From: Octopus vulgaris
Lineage: Eukaryota
Direction of reading: 5' to 3'
NCBI GenBank assembly: GCA_951406725.2
Contig: OX597814.1
Coordinates: forward strand, 144,212,001-144,276,000
Length of the DNA: 64,000 bases
The notes below the pieces were generated by a model that saw only the letters and a list, made by a program, of their open reading frames with translations, ran no database searches and had not been told where the DNA came from. The position numbers and the translations under genes were made by a program. Below are positions 27,132-41,299 of the stretch, in pieces. Position 1 is the first letter of the stretch. Each line of letters starts with the position of its first letter.

Positions 27132-27418
27132 TGCGATTTTATTTTTTCTCTTCTATGTAGATGAAGATATTTCCTCCGTCTGGGTGATTTTCTTTCTACA
27201 AATCGAGAAGTTACATTGCGTATCTGTTATTTTAACGAGCTGTGTCTATGTATCACCCGATAAGATACATCAGCACCGCCGGATGCTCCTGAACCACCGC
27301 CGAATTCCTAAACAGATCCTAAATCGATCTGTGAGGGATCGATATAGATGTGTCGAAACAATTTTCGTGATTAATAATAAATTCTCGTATATTCCATCTT
27401 CCGTCTTTCATTTACCGT
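27132..27418 (+). mobile_element. Penelope-like terminal repeat with degenerate long-stem-II hammerhead
   Basis: ATCAC-CCGATAA-GATACATC-(75 nt)-GATGTGTC-GAAAC-AATT-TTC-GTGAT at 27252-27371, followed by AATAAA. Confidence 0.6.
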
Positions 27419-27446
27419 ATATACATACATAAATACATACATTCAT

Positions 27447-27479
<33 letters not shown>

Positions 27480-27526
27480 CACACACACACACATATATAT
27501 CTACATAGGTATATACTGGTATGTAG

Positions 27527-27559
<33 letters not shown>

Positions 27560-27710
27560 ACTATATATGTGTACACTTACATACACACGCATACATACAT
27601 ACACACAAAAAGCCCATCGCGTTCGTATGAACGTAAAAACTACGTTCATCTGTACATACGGCTATACATTCATATGACTATCAAATATACAGACTTACAA
27701 GTAAACACGT

Positions 27711-27796
<86 letters not shown>

Positions 27797-28293
27797 ATGT
27801 GTGTCGTGTAATTGACTGGTCCCCACCGAAAAAAATTTCGGGCCTTGTGCCTAGAGTAGAAAAGAATATCATCAGAGGTTCAAGGCGGCGAGCTGGCAGA
27901 TTCGTCAGCACACTGGGCGAAATGCTGCGCGTACACACACATATACACACACATACACACACATACATATAGTTGTGTATGTGCATGTGTGTATAACTTA
28001 CTGTTACACATAATATTTACTCAACAATATTTACATTGCCTTGGGAGAGTAATTAGTAAATAGTAGCATGTTGGTATAATGACTCTCCAAGACACAAAAG
28101 AATTTGTTTCAACACACGAATTCACATCAAGAATCTTTCAAACTAAATACGAAAATAATATATTTATATTTATAATGTAGAATTATGATATGTGTAATTC
28201 ATTCGTTAGAACGGCAGAGTAAATGTTTTGCAATATTCGTTCCGGCAGTTTACTTTCTAGATAAAGACGAACCTTCCTTTTAATTATAATAAT

Positions 28294-28510
28294 AGTTTCA
28301 AATTTTGGCACCAAGCCAGCAACTTCGGGGAGGGGTTAAGTCGATAACATCGATCCTCGTGTTCAACTGGTACCTATGTTATCGACCCTAAAGTGATGAA
28401 AAGTAAAGTCGACTTCGGCGGAATGTGTTCTCAGAACGTAAAAATGGACGAAATGCCGCCATGCATTTTGTCCGGCGTGCTAACAATTCTGCCAGATCGG
28501 CGCCCTCCTT
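28294..28510 (-). mobile_element. SINE family B between AAT repeats
   Basis: Family B homology; AAT runs on both sides. Confidence 0.8.
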
Positions 28511-28580
<70 letters not shown>

Positions 28581-29124
28581 GATATAATTTTTGAGACAAT
28601 CACATTTAAAAGAAAAATGTAAATGGAAGAATTTTTTAAAAATCTAACATCCTTCCTTAGACCTTTTGCAAACCGAGAGAGCGAAGAGGAAAATGATGAA
28701 CATCTGCTTACGAAAAGACAGAAGTGGATTAAATTTCCCTTCACATCAAGTAGTATAAGCATTCCGGGACATATCGGGAGAAATTATCTCAATTGAAAAC
28801 GGCCAGAGCTATGGCACCATTTGCTGCACCTTTAAAACTAGAGGCATAACCAAAACACAAGCTGAAACTGTCGGTATATCTCTGACTATACTACTGTTTC
28901 AAATAAATATCTCATGAGCGAAAAAGAGGTCTCAAAGTAGCTACTTAACCTACTAGATATATGAGGCTCCTTCAAATCACATCTTGTCGGCTTAAAAGAA
29001 GTACACTTTGGATGATGTAGTCTTGGGTTCACAATGTCTAAAAAGTTGCGATGGTCAAGATTGGAACGCTTCTGGACATAAGTCCGCTCGAGCTGCATTT
29101 ACCTAGTGCTATACAACATGAGTC

Positions 29125-29431
29125 GAGGCACATGGTCTAGTGGTTAGAGCAGCGGACTCGCGGTCGAGGGATCGCGGGTTCGAATCTCAGACCGGTTGAT
29201 GTGTGTGTTTATGAGCGAAACACCTAAGCTCCACGCGGCTCCGGCAGAAGGTAATGGCGAACTTCTGCTGATTCTTTCGCCACAACTTTCTCTCACCTTT
29301 TCCTCCTGTATCTTGTAGTTCACCTACGACGGACCAGCGTCCCGTCCAGGTGGGGAACCTATACGCCAAGGAAACCGGGAAACCGGCACTATGAGACAGG
29401 CATGGCTCGAGAAGGAACAAGCAACAAACAA
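29125..29431 (+). mobile_element. SINE family E (tRNA head), full length
   Basis: TGGTCTAGTGG A box, GGTTCGAATCTC B box, (ACAA)-like tail; copies at 32147-32418, 34592-34875 and 47087-47393. Confidence 0.85.
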
Positions 29432-30459
29432 TACAATATGAACAACTGAGACGAACCAAAGAAGGGGTCTTTACGTTGTCGCTCGACATACAAGAAATAG
29501 CACTCAGGTCTGCCTTAAATCGCATCCTGGAGTCTAAAAGAAGGGCGAACACATTGAATAATGTAATCAAACCCCAGCTATTCCTGAACCAAAACAAAGA
29601 CTGGAAATAAATTAGGCACAAACGTCACGACTGGAAGGCCTTTGAATATAGGTTTGCTTAACTATAGTGAGCTTGTAGTAGAAAACAACAATAAATGAGA
29701 CGCTAATGAATGGATTTTACAGAAAAGACATATTTCAATATTGAACTCTACCGTGAAGGCAATGGGCTGGTAAAATCGTTACCGCGCCGGAAAAAATGCT
29801 TAACGGAATTTCTTCCGACTTTACAATCTGGGGTCAAATGTCACCGGGTCAACTTTCATTCTTTCGCGGTCGATAAAACAAATACCAGTTAAACGCTGGG
29901 AGAAATTCCGAAATTGCTGGCCTTGCACCAAAATTTGTGACGAATATTCAACTCCACCTTCATATTGTGACGAAAGACAACTGTCCAAAACGTTAATTAT
30001 TTCATTTTTCCATATTAATCGAACCTCTAAAATGTCTAGCCTTTGCGGAGGCTTGTGTGTCTTAGTGACTTCGAGATCTTTGCCTGTGGAGCGCCAGACC
30101 CAAATATTGTTACACATTTTAGAAAGTTCAAAGCATAAAGAGACGATGAGCAACGGTTAGAAGAATATTGAGCAAAACCTAATAACTAGTTACTCTAGCA
30201 AGCGAGGCCTCATTTCAGGGAGGGGTCGATGTGCAATGATGCCGTCGAAAGTAAGGCCCCGAAACGGCGCCCACTCTCTCCTAGTGACTCCATAAACTTG
30301 CTAGCAACTAGTTGCACTTGCATCTGCAAGATGCTTCCAAAAAGTCTTAAAATTATGAACCCCATCTTTCCAGATGTAAAAATAGCTTTGCGCAAGTCCA
30401 ACACCCCTGCTAAAAATACAGCAAAGTTACAAAAGCATCGATGACAATTCAAAACCAAG

Positions 30460-30695
30460 ACCGAGAAAAGGAAAGCCTTCACTCGAGAAACATATGACCT
30501 AACTCGGAATCCGCAAGGAAAGCGGAAGAATGACACCCTAAAATATCTGGAGCGCAAGATGCTGAGGCAGAGCTGAAAAAGCAGGGATCAAAAACCAGGA
30601 AAAGCAGCAGAAAATACATTCCAGAGTCGAGAAGAGTGGAGAACTGTCGTTGATGAGTTATGTTCCACAGGGAACGAAGGGCTCAAACAAGTAGG
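30460..30695 (+). mobile_element. Degenerate RTE LINE 3' end
   Basis: RNPQGKRK..EWRTVVDELCSTGNEGLK parallels the end of 16438-16638. Confidence 0.6.
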
Positions 30696-30799
30696 TAAAC
30701 AGACTAATGTGGTAAATCAATTGTTTTGTAGAAAACCTAGATAATGGTGGTCTTTTTCTTACATTTGCTTTTGGTTTCCCTGAAAACGGACCTCCGTTG

Positions 30800-31283
30800 T
30801 TATTCTGGTCTGTAGCTTGTGTTTCCATTTTTCTACACCTCTACTACATTTAAAGGAAGGAATTCGTCTCATCAAGGATATTAAAGATTGTAAGCAAACA
30901 GCTCTAGACTTGTTTATTAAAAAGAAATCTACAAGTTCGTCTACGAGTGCTTGTGAATCGGCATTCGTGAAGGTGTGCGTGAGTCTAGTGCAAGTAAAAG
31001 TGATTCAGAAAATGATTATAATAATATTTTTTATTATAAATGATCTTGTTATAAATGATCTTGACCTTGTTTTTACTTTACATAACATATTTTTTACATT
31101 CTACTGTTGTTTTATTGCAATTTATTTGCGAGTATTATAAATTTTATGGGTAAAATATTTTTCTGGGAGCGAATTACGGTTTATAACATTGGTATTATAG
31201 GAAAATTCTGCTCTGTTTTACGAGTTTTTGCTTTATGAGCAGTCTCTGGGGATGAATTAACTCGTATATCGAAGAATTATTGT
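30800..31283 (+). mobile_element. Tigger/pogo-like 3' end
   Basis: KQTALDLFIKK C-terminal motif; subterminal TTTACGAG/TTTATGAG repeats and AACTCGTATATCGA TIR-like end. Confidence 0.5.
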
Positions 31284-31935
31284 GTGTGTAATTCCTTTTC
31301 ATTCTAGTGCTTTATGGAGTGCCTTTAGAATTATTTTTTCGTGGTTGGGTTTAACTGCCCTTTTTAGCATGTGAGAAGTCCTGCCATGGGTTTTCTATTT
31401 GCGTATATATCTTTATTCACTCTTATATATACATATATAATATTTATATTACTATTTATACTGGCCGCAACTAGTATCTATAATAGGAAAGTAATGAAGA
31501 TTATATATATATATATATCTTGTCTGTATGCTCACATGTAAGTATGCATAGGTCTGTGCATATGCATATATATATATATATATATATGCTGGTAAGAAGT
31601 ATTCACATATGTCTATACATATATATGCGTATGCATATATATATATATAGACACGTATATACATACTTTTACGATATTTAGTCGATAATTGGTGAGTGAT
31701 TAACCGTAATCACGTCCATTATGTGTGGTTTTCTTTCTGTTATACCGCAGGTTCCCTCGTCGACCTCCTGTGCTACATATATATCCTTACATACACACAC
31801 ACGCGCGCACACACAGATATATAAGCATGTGTGTGTACTTGTCTGTTTCTCTACCTATCACACTTTATACATATACATGTATCTGGATTTATATATATAT
31901 ATATACAGAGAGAGAGAGAGAGAGAGAGAATGAGA

Positions 31936-32015
<80 letters not shown>

Positions 32016-32146
32016 TAGATAGATAGATAGATACATACATACATACATACATACATACATACATACATACATACATACATACATACACACACACACAGGT
32101 GAGTACATTAGTGCAAAAATAGTATTCGAATACCAAAAGTAGGATG

Positions 32147-32418
32147 TTATTGTTTCTTCCTTATCGAGCCATGCCTGGCTCATAAGGGCCGATTTCCCTA
32201 TTTCATTGGCGTGTAGGTTCCCACCTGAACAGGACGCCGGCCCGTCGCAGGCAAGCTGCAGGAGGAAAGAGTGAGACGAAGTTGTGGTGAAAGAGTCAGC
32301 AGAAGTTCGTTATCACCTTCTGCCTGAGCATAAACACTCACATCGCCCAGTCTGAGATTTGGACCCACGATCCCTCGACTTCCAGTCCGCTGCTCAAACC
32401 ACTAGGTCATGTGCCTTC
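32147..32418 (-). mobile_element. SINE family E
   Basis: Reverse complement of 29125-29431 with an internal deletion. Confidence 0.8.
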
Positions 32419-32552
32419 ATAACGGTAGAGTAATATACCTTTTATTGAAGCTGCAAAATTATCACAGAATTATTACTCAGAATTTCAAGTTCCCGTTCGT
32501 GATGAATACTGATTGTTTTTATTTAGTATTCACCACATTTATATATATACAT

Positions 32553-32628
<76 letters not shown>

Positions 32629-32633
32629 ACATT

Positions 32634-32679
<46 letters not shown>

Positions 32680-33314
32680 GTATGTATGTATGTATATATG
32701 TATATATGTATATATGTATATATATATGTGTATGTATGTCTATATGTATATATGTATATATATATATATATACTTTCATATCTATATATCTGTGCATGCA
32801 CGTGTATATATGTACTTGTGTAGAGACGAGTGCACGGACATAATTATGGCCAAATTGTTCAAAAATTCGCTTCTTAATCACGATTTTTCGAGGTTCAATC
32901 TCACTGCATGACTTCATCGACAAGTGTATTTTACCACAATATCGGGAAGACTCAACCGCGAGTATACGGAAACTAAGTAGAACCCCTCGGCTTGAGCTTG
33001 ATAGTAGACAACTAAAAGAGGACAGTATTGCCCCACATATACCATCACATCAATTCGTCTTGAAAAGGTGTTGAATACTCGGCAATACTCCTATAACAGG
33101 CAGTTCAGTTCAGTTCATAAATGGAATATCTATCAAACTAATTTTATGTGGTAAGGGTGTTGCACTCACGGTCGTAGGTTCGATTCCAGGTATTCGTGTT
33201 CTAAAGCAAAATTATTCGTTTCACGTTGTTCCAGTCCACTCAGCTGTAAATGGCCTTCCGATCAGGATGAATATGTGTGTGTGTGTGTGTGTCTGTGTGT
33301 GTACATACGTATAT

Positions 33315-33429
33315 ATATTCATACATACATACAGTCATACATACATACATACATACATACATACATAAATACATACATACATGCATGCATGCATGCATAC
33401 ATACATACATACATACATACGTACATACA

Positions 33430-33465
<36 letters not shown>

Positions 33466-33878
33466 TATATACATACATGCATGCATGCATGCATACATAC
33501 ATACATACATACATACATACATACATACATACATACATACAGTCATACATACATACATACATACATACATACGTACGTACATACATACATACATGCATGC
33601 ATGCATACATACATACATACATACATACATACATACGTACGTACATACATACATACATACATACATACATACATACATACGTACGTACGTACATACATAC
33701 ATACATACATACATACATACATACATACATACATACATACATACGTACGTACGTACATACATACATACATACATACATACATACATACATACGTACGTAC
33801 ATACATACATACATACATACATACATACATACATACATACATACATACATACATACATGCATATATACATACATACAT
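33315..33878. repeat. ~560-bp compound (CATA)n microsatellite with CATG and CGTA variant blocks
   Basis: Direct reading. Confidence 0.95.
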
Positions 33879-34551
33879 AGGATCGTAGTTGAGTTCGCTC
33901 AGTTTTACGCCAAAGAAAATTGGGTTTTGTCTGTTATCGTGTACTGAAGTAAGACCAAGGCTTGTGATTGATATTGGGTAAAGTGGAAATGCGTGGAAGG
34001 ATATCGATAGAACCTGCCCTCGACTCCAGATTCCAGCCTCGTCACAAAGTGTCACAGCGCCAAGCTTCTGGAGATTTTGCTGGGGGTAAAAGTATAGTAT
34101 ATTGTATAGCTTTGTAGAGCTTGGAACATAAGTATAGCATTGTGTAGATATCTATGCTATGAACATCTGGGGAGGGGGGGTCTCTAATGGAAACAAGTAT
34201 GAGTTACATACCTATGAGAGATGACTATCTTAATGGTATTAATGCACACAAGTATACAAAGATTCACATAGACGTCAGCTCACGCAAGCCCAAAGCTGCA
34301 TCTATAAGCACAACACACACACACACAAACACACATACGTATGTATGCATACACAGATATAAATGCATATAAATATATATATATATATACACATACACAC
34401 TTTTATATGTTTGTATGCATGTACATGCATATATCTATATATCACGCATTTTATATTTGTAATGTATAAATACATTATATATATAAAATTCTATACATGT
34501 ATTGTTATATTTCGGAATGGTCATTTTGCCATTTTAGCCAATAAATCTTGC

Positions 34552-34583
<32 letters not shown>

Positions 34584-34591
34584 CATATTTT

Positions 34592-34875
34592 ATTCCCTAG
34601 CTCATAAGAGCCAGTTTCCCAGTTTCATTGGCGTATAGGATTCCCCACCTGAACGGGTTACCGATCCGTCGCAGGTGAGTTGCTAGATGCAGGAGGAAAA
34701 TGTGAGAGAAAGTTGTGGTGAAAAAGTCAACAGGGGCTCGCCATGACTTTCTGCCGAAGCTGCGTGGAGCTTAGGTGTTTCACACATAAACACTTACATC
34801 AACCGGTCTGTGATTCGAACCCGCGATCCCTCGAACGCGAACCCCCTGCTCTAACCACTAGGCCTTGTGCCTCCA
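34592..34875 (-). mobile_element. SINE family E
   Basis: Reverse complement of 29125-29431. Confidence 0.8.
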
Positions 34876-35230
34876 CACTATATTATATATACATATATAT
34901 TTTTGTATGCGTTTGATTTTTAAAACTTCTATACTGTTAAACACATTATTTAGCTAAAAACAAGAAAAAAAAAACATAATTAACTTAATTAATAAAGTAG
35001 CAATTAGAGCTGTATTACTGCAAAATTTACAGGAATGTAACTGACGTATCACCCACAAATCCAAATGTGTAAATGTAAAAAATCCTTAAAGATTTTTTCG
35101 TCAAGATTATCAGTTATGTGTCGTGTAGTTCACATGTATGTGGACTTATGTATAAGTATATGTATATGTGCTGATAAAATATAAGAATATAATGCACAAA
35201 CAAAAACGCTCATACACACACACACACAAG

Positions 35231-35300
<70 letters not shown>

Positions 35301-35323
35301 TGTGTGAGTGTGTATATATGTTC

Positions 35324-35375
<52 letters not shown>

Positions 35376-35392
35376 TATATATGTATATATTC

Positions 35393-35439
<47 letters not shown>

Positions 35440-35621
35440 GATGTATATATGTATATATATATATATATATATATACTTAATATATGTGCATATATATCAT
35501 ATATATATATATATTTAATAATATATGTTTATTTGTATATATATATATGTGTATATATATATATATATATACTATACGTGTATGTATATCATATATATAT
35601 AAATATATATATATACATCTA

Positions 35622-35659
<38 letters not shown>

Positions 35660-36149
35660 TATAGATAGAGATGTGTGTATATATGTTTATTTATATGTGC
35701 ATGTATACACACGTATATGTGTGTGTGCGTGTGTGAATGCATGTTTGTGTATGTGTGTATATATATATATATACATATAAAGCAAAATATTTCTTGTTAA
35801 ATGCATATATAAATATGAATGTATACACATTCACATAAAAGCAGACATATACATATATATGTGTGTGTTTAGTTGTCTCTGTGTGTGTATGTGTGTGTCT
35901 ATGTGTACATATGATTACATATCTATCAAATATTATATATTGTATACACACACATACATACATATATATATAAACACACACACACACATATATATATACA
36001 TATACATATTCGTGAATAAGATACGTGTTGTGGCGTCACTTAATTTAAAAACAAAATATAATGATGATTTTTTTTTTATTACTTATTTACTTGCATATTG
36101 GACTTATATATGCATAAAGTGAGAACATTTAGCCCTTTGTATATAATTT

Positions 36150-37168
36150 TCAATAAGTAAAATTTGAATTAGGATGATACATTTATTGAGTGTATTAACA
36201 ATAAAGGCATAGAATTAACGAGACTTTGTGTGAGAACAATTTGGTTAAATTACTTATTTTCAATTTGTGATATTTTCACAACATTTTGTTTACCTTAACA
36301 TCTGTTGTGATGGGTAAACGAAAATCTTTTTGGGGACACCATCAAGGTTATCGAACTATATAAAAGGAAGCAGTTTTTTGTACCCATATATTCTCAATCA
36401 GAGATGCTACGGAAGATCCAGTGAATATATCGATGTTTTCGATGAAGAATAAGAAAATAACTGCCATCGATATTTTGAACGATGCTCGACAGATATATCA
36501 TACGCAGTTTGTCAATACAATTAAGAATCGGTTCAAATATTTTAGACTCGTGCAACCTATTGTGCATAGAAAAAAAATATGCACTTCGCTGAAAAACGAT
36601 GTGCCCATATTTAATTTGCACAAGAGTATACGAAAGGCATATTGTCAGATGAATCAAAAATCTTGCGGTCAGACGAGACGTAATACGTTTGGTCACAAAA
36701 TAGAGTGTACGTCCGACGTTATACAGAATAATTTCTTTGAAAGAGCAAGCTTAATTGTGTACTAAGCATTTAAGGATATTGGAGAGAATATCATGGTTTG
36801 GAGCTGAATAACTTGGAAAACGATCGGTCTCGTAGAGCAAATGAAAGGTATCATGAACAGAATAATTTATCAGGAGATTTTGAAAAATATAATCTTCCTT
36901 ATATAAAGTATAGAAGTATATCCACTGGTCGTGGATTTTTCACCAAGACAATAATAGAAAAAAATACCACAAGAATAATCAAGAAATTCTTCAAAAGTAA
37001 CAAAAAATCTGAGTGTCCCCTTCATTAGTACAATCTGCATGTTTAAAATCGTTAGAAAATTTATACATGAAGTCAATGTGTGTGTTTGTCAAAAGAGATC
37101 CTGGAAATGTAGTTATCAAAAAAAAAGAAAAGTCCAGTTAATGTGATGACCAAACTTTTCAGTCCAGT
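36150..37168 (-). mobile_element. Highly degenerate Tc1-like transposon
   Basis: Minus strand begins CACTGGACTGAAAAGTTTGGTCA (Tc1-type TIR start); LIENIW (NPIENLW-like) near 36385-36402. Confidence 0.5.
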
Positions 37169-37667
37169 GTCTCATAGATATGATTCCGTTCTGCGAAATT
37201 CCAGGTACCTGACCAAGTATTCATTCCATAAGATTTTTCTCGATTTTTAATGTACAGTTTCTATTTCATTTTTATTTTATTTTATAAAAATGAACATACG
37301 AGAATACAATAAAATAATATACTTAGATAAGTATTCGTAATTGTTGTATAGATGACAAAAAAATATAATAACATCCATTAAACAGATCCGAAACTAAAAT
37401 AAAAACAAGAACAGTTTATATACACAGTAAAATAAGCTGGGAGTATGAGATTAAATTGAAGAGAAACGTTGATATATTCCAATACATTCTATATAAAAAA
37501 GTATACTTAAATACTTACATATATCTTATATATTTTTTATTATTAATATTCAGCAGAAGCAACAGAGTTTTTCAAAGGGCCCAGAGTTTTGTGTGTTAGC
37601 ACTTATCGACAACTCATATACTCATGATTTGAGTTTTATTTTTCCAGTTTACATTACCAAATCTGTA

Positions 37668-37703
<36 letters not shown>

Positions 37704-37861
37704 TGTTATATTCTGTTAATAAGGTAGCACAGTACAGCATAAAGTTCGTCCACCTCCCGATTTCACCCGATGCTATCCGGTAATGGTATTATATGTACTG
37801 CCAGGTCTGTGTTGAGACTTCTGTAGAGGGTGGATAGATACATGAATAACTACCTGTCCAC

Positions 37862-37950
37862 AAGGAGTACATCTGGACATTTATTTATAATCACTACAAT
37901 TGTTTGCTCGAAATTTATTTGATTACAATAAATGTCCAGCTGTACCCCTT
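37862..37950. repeat. Short foldback or MITE with ~31-bp inverted arms
   Basis: AAGGAGTACATCTGGACATTTATTTATAATCA versus TGATTACAATAAATGTCCAGCTGTACCCCTT. Confidence 0.8.
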
Positions 37951-38158
37951 CTCGTTGACTCCAACTTATTCAGTTGTATGTATGTGTATGTATGTATCTA
38001 TTCATATATATATACATGCATGTATTTGTATATAAATAAGTATATATATGGATGAGTATGTATTAATATATATATATGTATTTATATAAGCATGTATAAA
38101 CATAGAATATTGAATATTTTGGTTAGTAGAATGTGTGAGAATATGAGAATGTAATAGA

Positions 38159-38577
38159 AAGGTGGCGAGCTGGCAGAAACGTTAGCATACCGGGCGAAAT
38201 GCTTAGCAGTATTTCGTCTGCCGCTACGTTCTAAGTTCAAATTCCGCCGAGGTCGACTTTGCCTTTCATCCTGTCGGGGTCGATAAATTAGGTACCAGTT
38301 ACGCACTGGGGTCGATGTAATCGACTTAATCTGTTTGTCTGTCCTTGTTTGTCCTCTCTATGTTTAGCCCCTTGTGGGTAGTAAAGAAATCGGTTTTCGT
38401 CTGTCTTTACGTTCTGAGTTCAAAATCCACGAAGGTCGACTTTGCCGTTCATCCTGTCGGTGTGGATAAATTAGGTACCAGTTACGCACTGGGGTCGATG
38501 TAATCGACTTAATCTGTTTGTCTGTCCTTGTTTGTCCCCTCTATGTTTAGCCACTTGTAGGCAATGAAAAAATAAGA
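38159..38577 (+). mobile_element. SINE family B partial tandem dimer
   Basis: Full unit followed by a 5'-truncated unit restarting at ~38392. Confidence 0.88.
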
Positions 38578-38957
38578 ATGTGTGAGTTGATCTGTATGAA
38601 TGAATTCCCTCTAACAAATGTTTTGGCTCTTTGCATCCTGAAACGCCATAGTTTCCTTGGTTCGATCTTCAATTACACTACCACCAAAATGCATATACAT
38701 AAGTATATACATACATACATACATACATGCATACATACATACATACATACATACATACATACATACATACATACATACATACATACATACATACATGCAA
38801 AGAAGCTGGCGAAGGCGAACAAGCAGAAACTTCGAAGTCATTGTCTCTCCTCTTTTTGTAAAAGTATATTAGATATGTACTCTACAAAAAGTACTGAGCA
38901 ATTCTTCAGTTTAATGTTAGATTCTTTATGTCATATCATGCCATAGAAACAAACATC

Positions 38958-39169
38958 TGCATGTAGTTGGGTGCTAAGTAGCTTGCTTGCCAACCACATG
39001 GTTCCTGGTTCAGTCCCACTCCGTAACACCTTGAGTAAGTGTCTTCTGCTATAACCTCGGGCCGACCAAAGCCCTGTGAGTGGATTTGGTAGACGGAAAC
39101 TGAAAGAAGCCCGTCGTCCCAAATCAACTCACAGGGCTTTGGAGCACATATTTAATGTATATATATATA

Positions 39170-39231
<62 letters not shown>

Positions 39232-39430
39232 CGTGTGTGTGTTTGTGCGCCTGTGCTTGTCCGCCCACCATCGCTTGACAACTGATGTTGATGTAACTTA
39301 GCAGTTCGGTAAAATAGACCGAAAGAATAAGAACTAGGCTTACAAAATATAAGTCCTGGGGTCTGTTTGTTCGACTAAAGGCGATGATTCAGCATGGCCG
39401 AAGTTAAATAACTGAAACAAATAAAAGAAT
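38958..39430 (+). mobile_element. SINE family A
   Basis: Head, internal microsatellite and tail present. Confidence 0.8.
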
Positions 39431-39494
39431 ATAAATATGTGTGTGCGTGTGTGCGCTTATAAAGATTTCGCTGATATATATATATATATATTAT

Positions 39495-39700
39495 TCTGCG
39501 GTCATGCTGGGACATCTACTTAAAGGACATTTTCAGTCGAAGAAATCAACCCCAGGACTTATTCTTTGTAGAACCTAGTACTTATTCTATAGATCTTTTA
39601 CTGATGCACAAAGTTACGGGGGCATAAACACAGATTCTGCTGTCAAGCGATGGTTGGAGGTGGGGGGGGCAAACACAAACACAAAGACTCAGGCACGCAA

Positions 39701-39740
<40 letters not shown>

Positions 39741-39900
39741 ACACACACACAGACACACACATATATATATATGCGTGTGTGTGTATGCAGTTTCCGTTTA
39801 CCAAATCCATTAAAAGGGCTTAGGTCGGCCCCAGGTTATAAAAAGTTGCCACGCAGAGGGACTGAATCTGGAACCATGTGGTTGGAAAGCAAGCTTCTTA
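39495..39900 (-). mobile_element. SINE family A, interrupted near its 5' end by a family B dimer
   Basis: Family A homology. Confidence 0.7.
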
Positions 39901-40314
39901 TTTCTTTATTACCCACAAGGGGGTAAACATAGAGGGGACAAACAAGGACAGACAAACGGGTTAAGTTGATTACCCGATCCCTGTGCGTAACTGCTACTTA
40001 TTTAATCGACCCCGAAAGGATGAAAGGCAAAGTCGACCTCGGTGGAATTTGAACTCAGAACGTGGCGGCAGACGAAATACCTATTTCTTTACTACCCACA
40101 AGGGGCTAAACACAGAGAGGACAAACAAAAACAGACAAACGGATTAAGTCGAATATATCGACCCCAGTGCGTAACTGGTACTTATTTAATCGACCCCGAA
40201 AGGATGAAAGGCAAAGTCGACCTCGGCGGAATTTGAACTCAGAACGTAACCGCAGACGAAATACGGCTACGCATTTCGCCCGGCGTGCTAACGTTTCTGC
40301 CAGCTCGCCGCCTT
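39901..40314 (-). mobile_element. SINE family B partial tandem dimer with 12-bp TSD
   Basis: GCAAGCTTCTTA at 39889-39900 and 40319-40330; internal junction at 40071-40090. Confidence 0.9.
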
Positions 40315-40377
40315 TACTGCAAGCTTCTTAACACATACATATGTGAGCGCGTATATATATATATATATATATAAATG

Positions 40378-40467
<90 letters not shown>

Positions 40468-40592
40468 CATATGCATGTCTATATAATATAATACATATAT
40501 ATATATACACATATATATGCATATATGGGTACAGGACGTCATTAACTGTGAATACTCGTACTGCCTTGGTTTTGTTGTCTTTTTTCCTCTAT

Positions 40593-40719
<127 letters not shown>

Positions 40720-40784
40720 AAGAGAGAGAGAAATACATAGAGAGATAGGTAATACATACATATACGTGTGTATGTAGATATATA

Positions 40785-40943
40785 GGAGAGGCTGTTTGGT
40801 ACGTAGCTTGCTTAACAATCATATGGTTCCGGGTTCAGTCCCACTGCGTGGCACCTTAGGCAAGTGTATTCTACTATAGCCTCGAGCCGGCCAAAGCCTT
40901 GCGAGTGGATTTGGTAGAAGGAAACTGAAAGAAGCCCGTCGTA
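40785..40943 (+). mobile_element. SINE family A head
   Basis: Matches 630-788. Confidence 0.8.
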
Positions 40944-40980
40944 TATATATATATATGTGTGTGTGTGTGTATACTGAGAC

Positions 40981-41260
40981 ACCCTTCGGTCATGACTGAC
41001 CGTGGGATTGCACCTAGAAAGTTACCCTCCCAGACACAAGTCCGGGCAAGGTTGTTTATGGAAGACCAGTAGTCGCCCATGCATACCGGCCTCCCCTCTC
41101 CACGCCACCAGTGTTATCCAAGGGAAAGGCAACAGCAGATACAGCCTGGCACCTGTGACGTCGCAACTCATTTCTACAGCTGAGTGAGCTAGAAAACGTG
41201 AAATAATGTGTCTTCCTCAAGAACACAACACGCAGCCCGGTCCGGGATTCGATCTCACAA
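40981..41260 (-). mobile_element. SINE family C
   Basis: Reverse complement of 23500-23775. Confidence 0.85.
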
Positions 41261-41299
41261 ATTCCATCTCATAAATTGATAGAAAATGGCAAGAACAAA

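Noticed and set aside
29125-29200. tRNA gene-like sequences (also at 8735, 22951, 23449, 26502, 47087)
   Set aside because: A and B boxes are present but they run into SINE bodies, with no convincing acceptor stem or terminator
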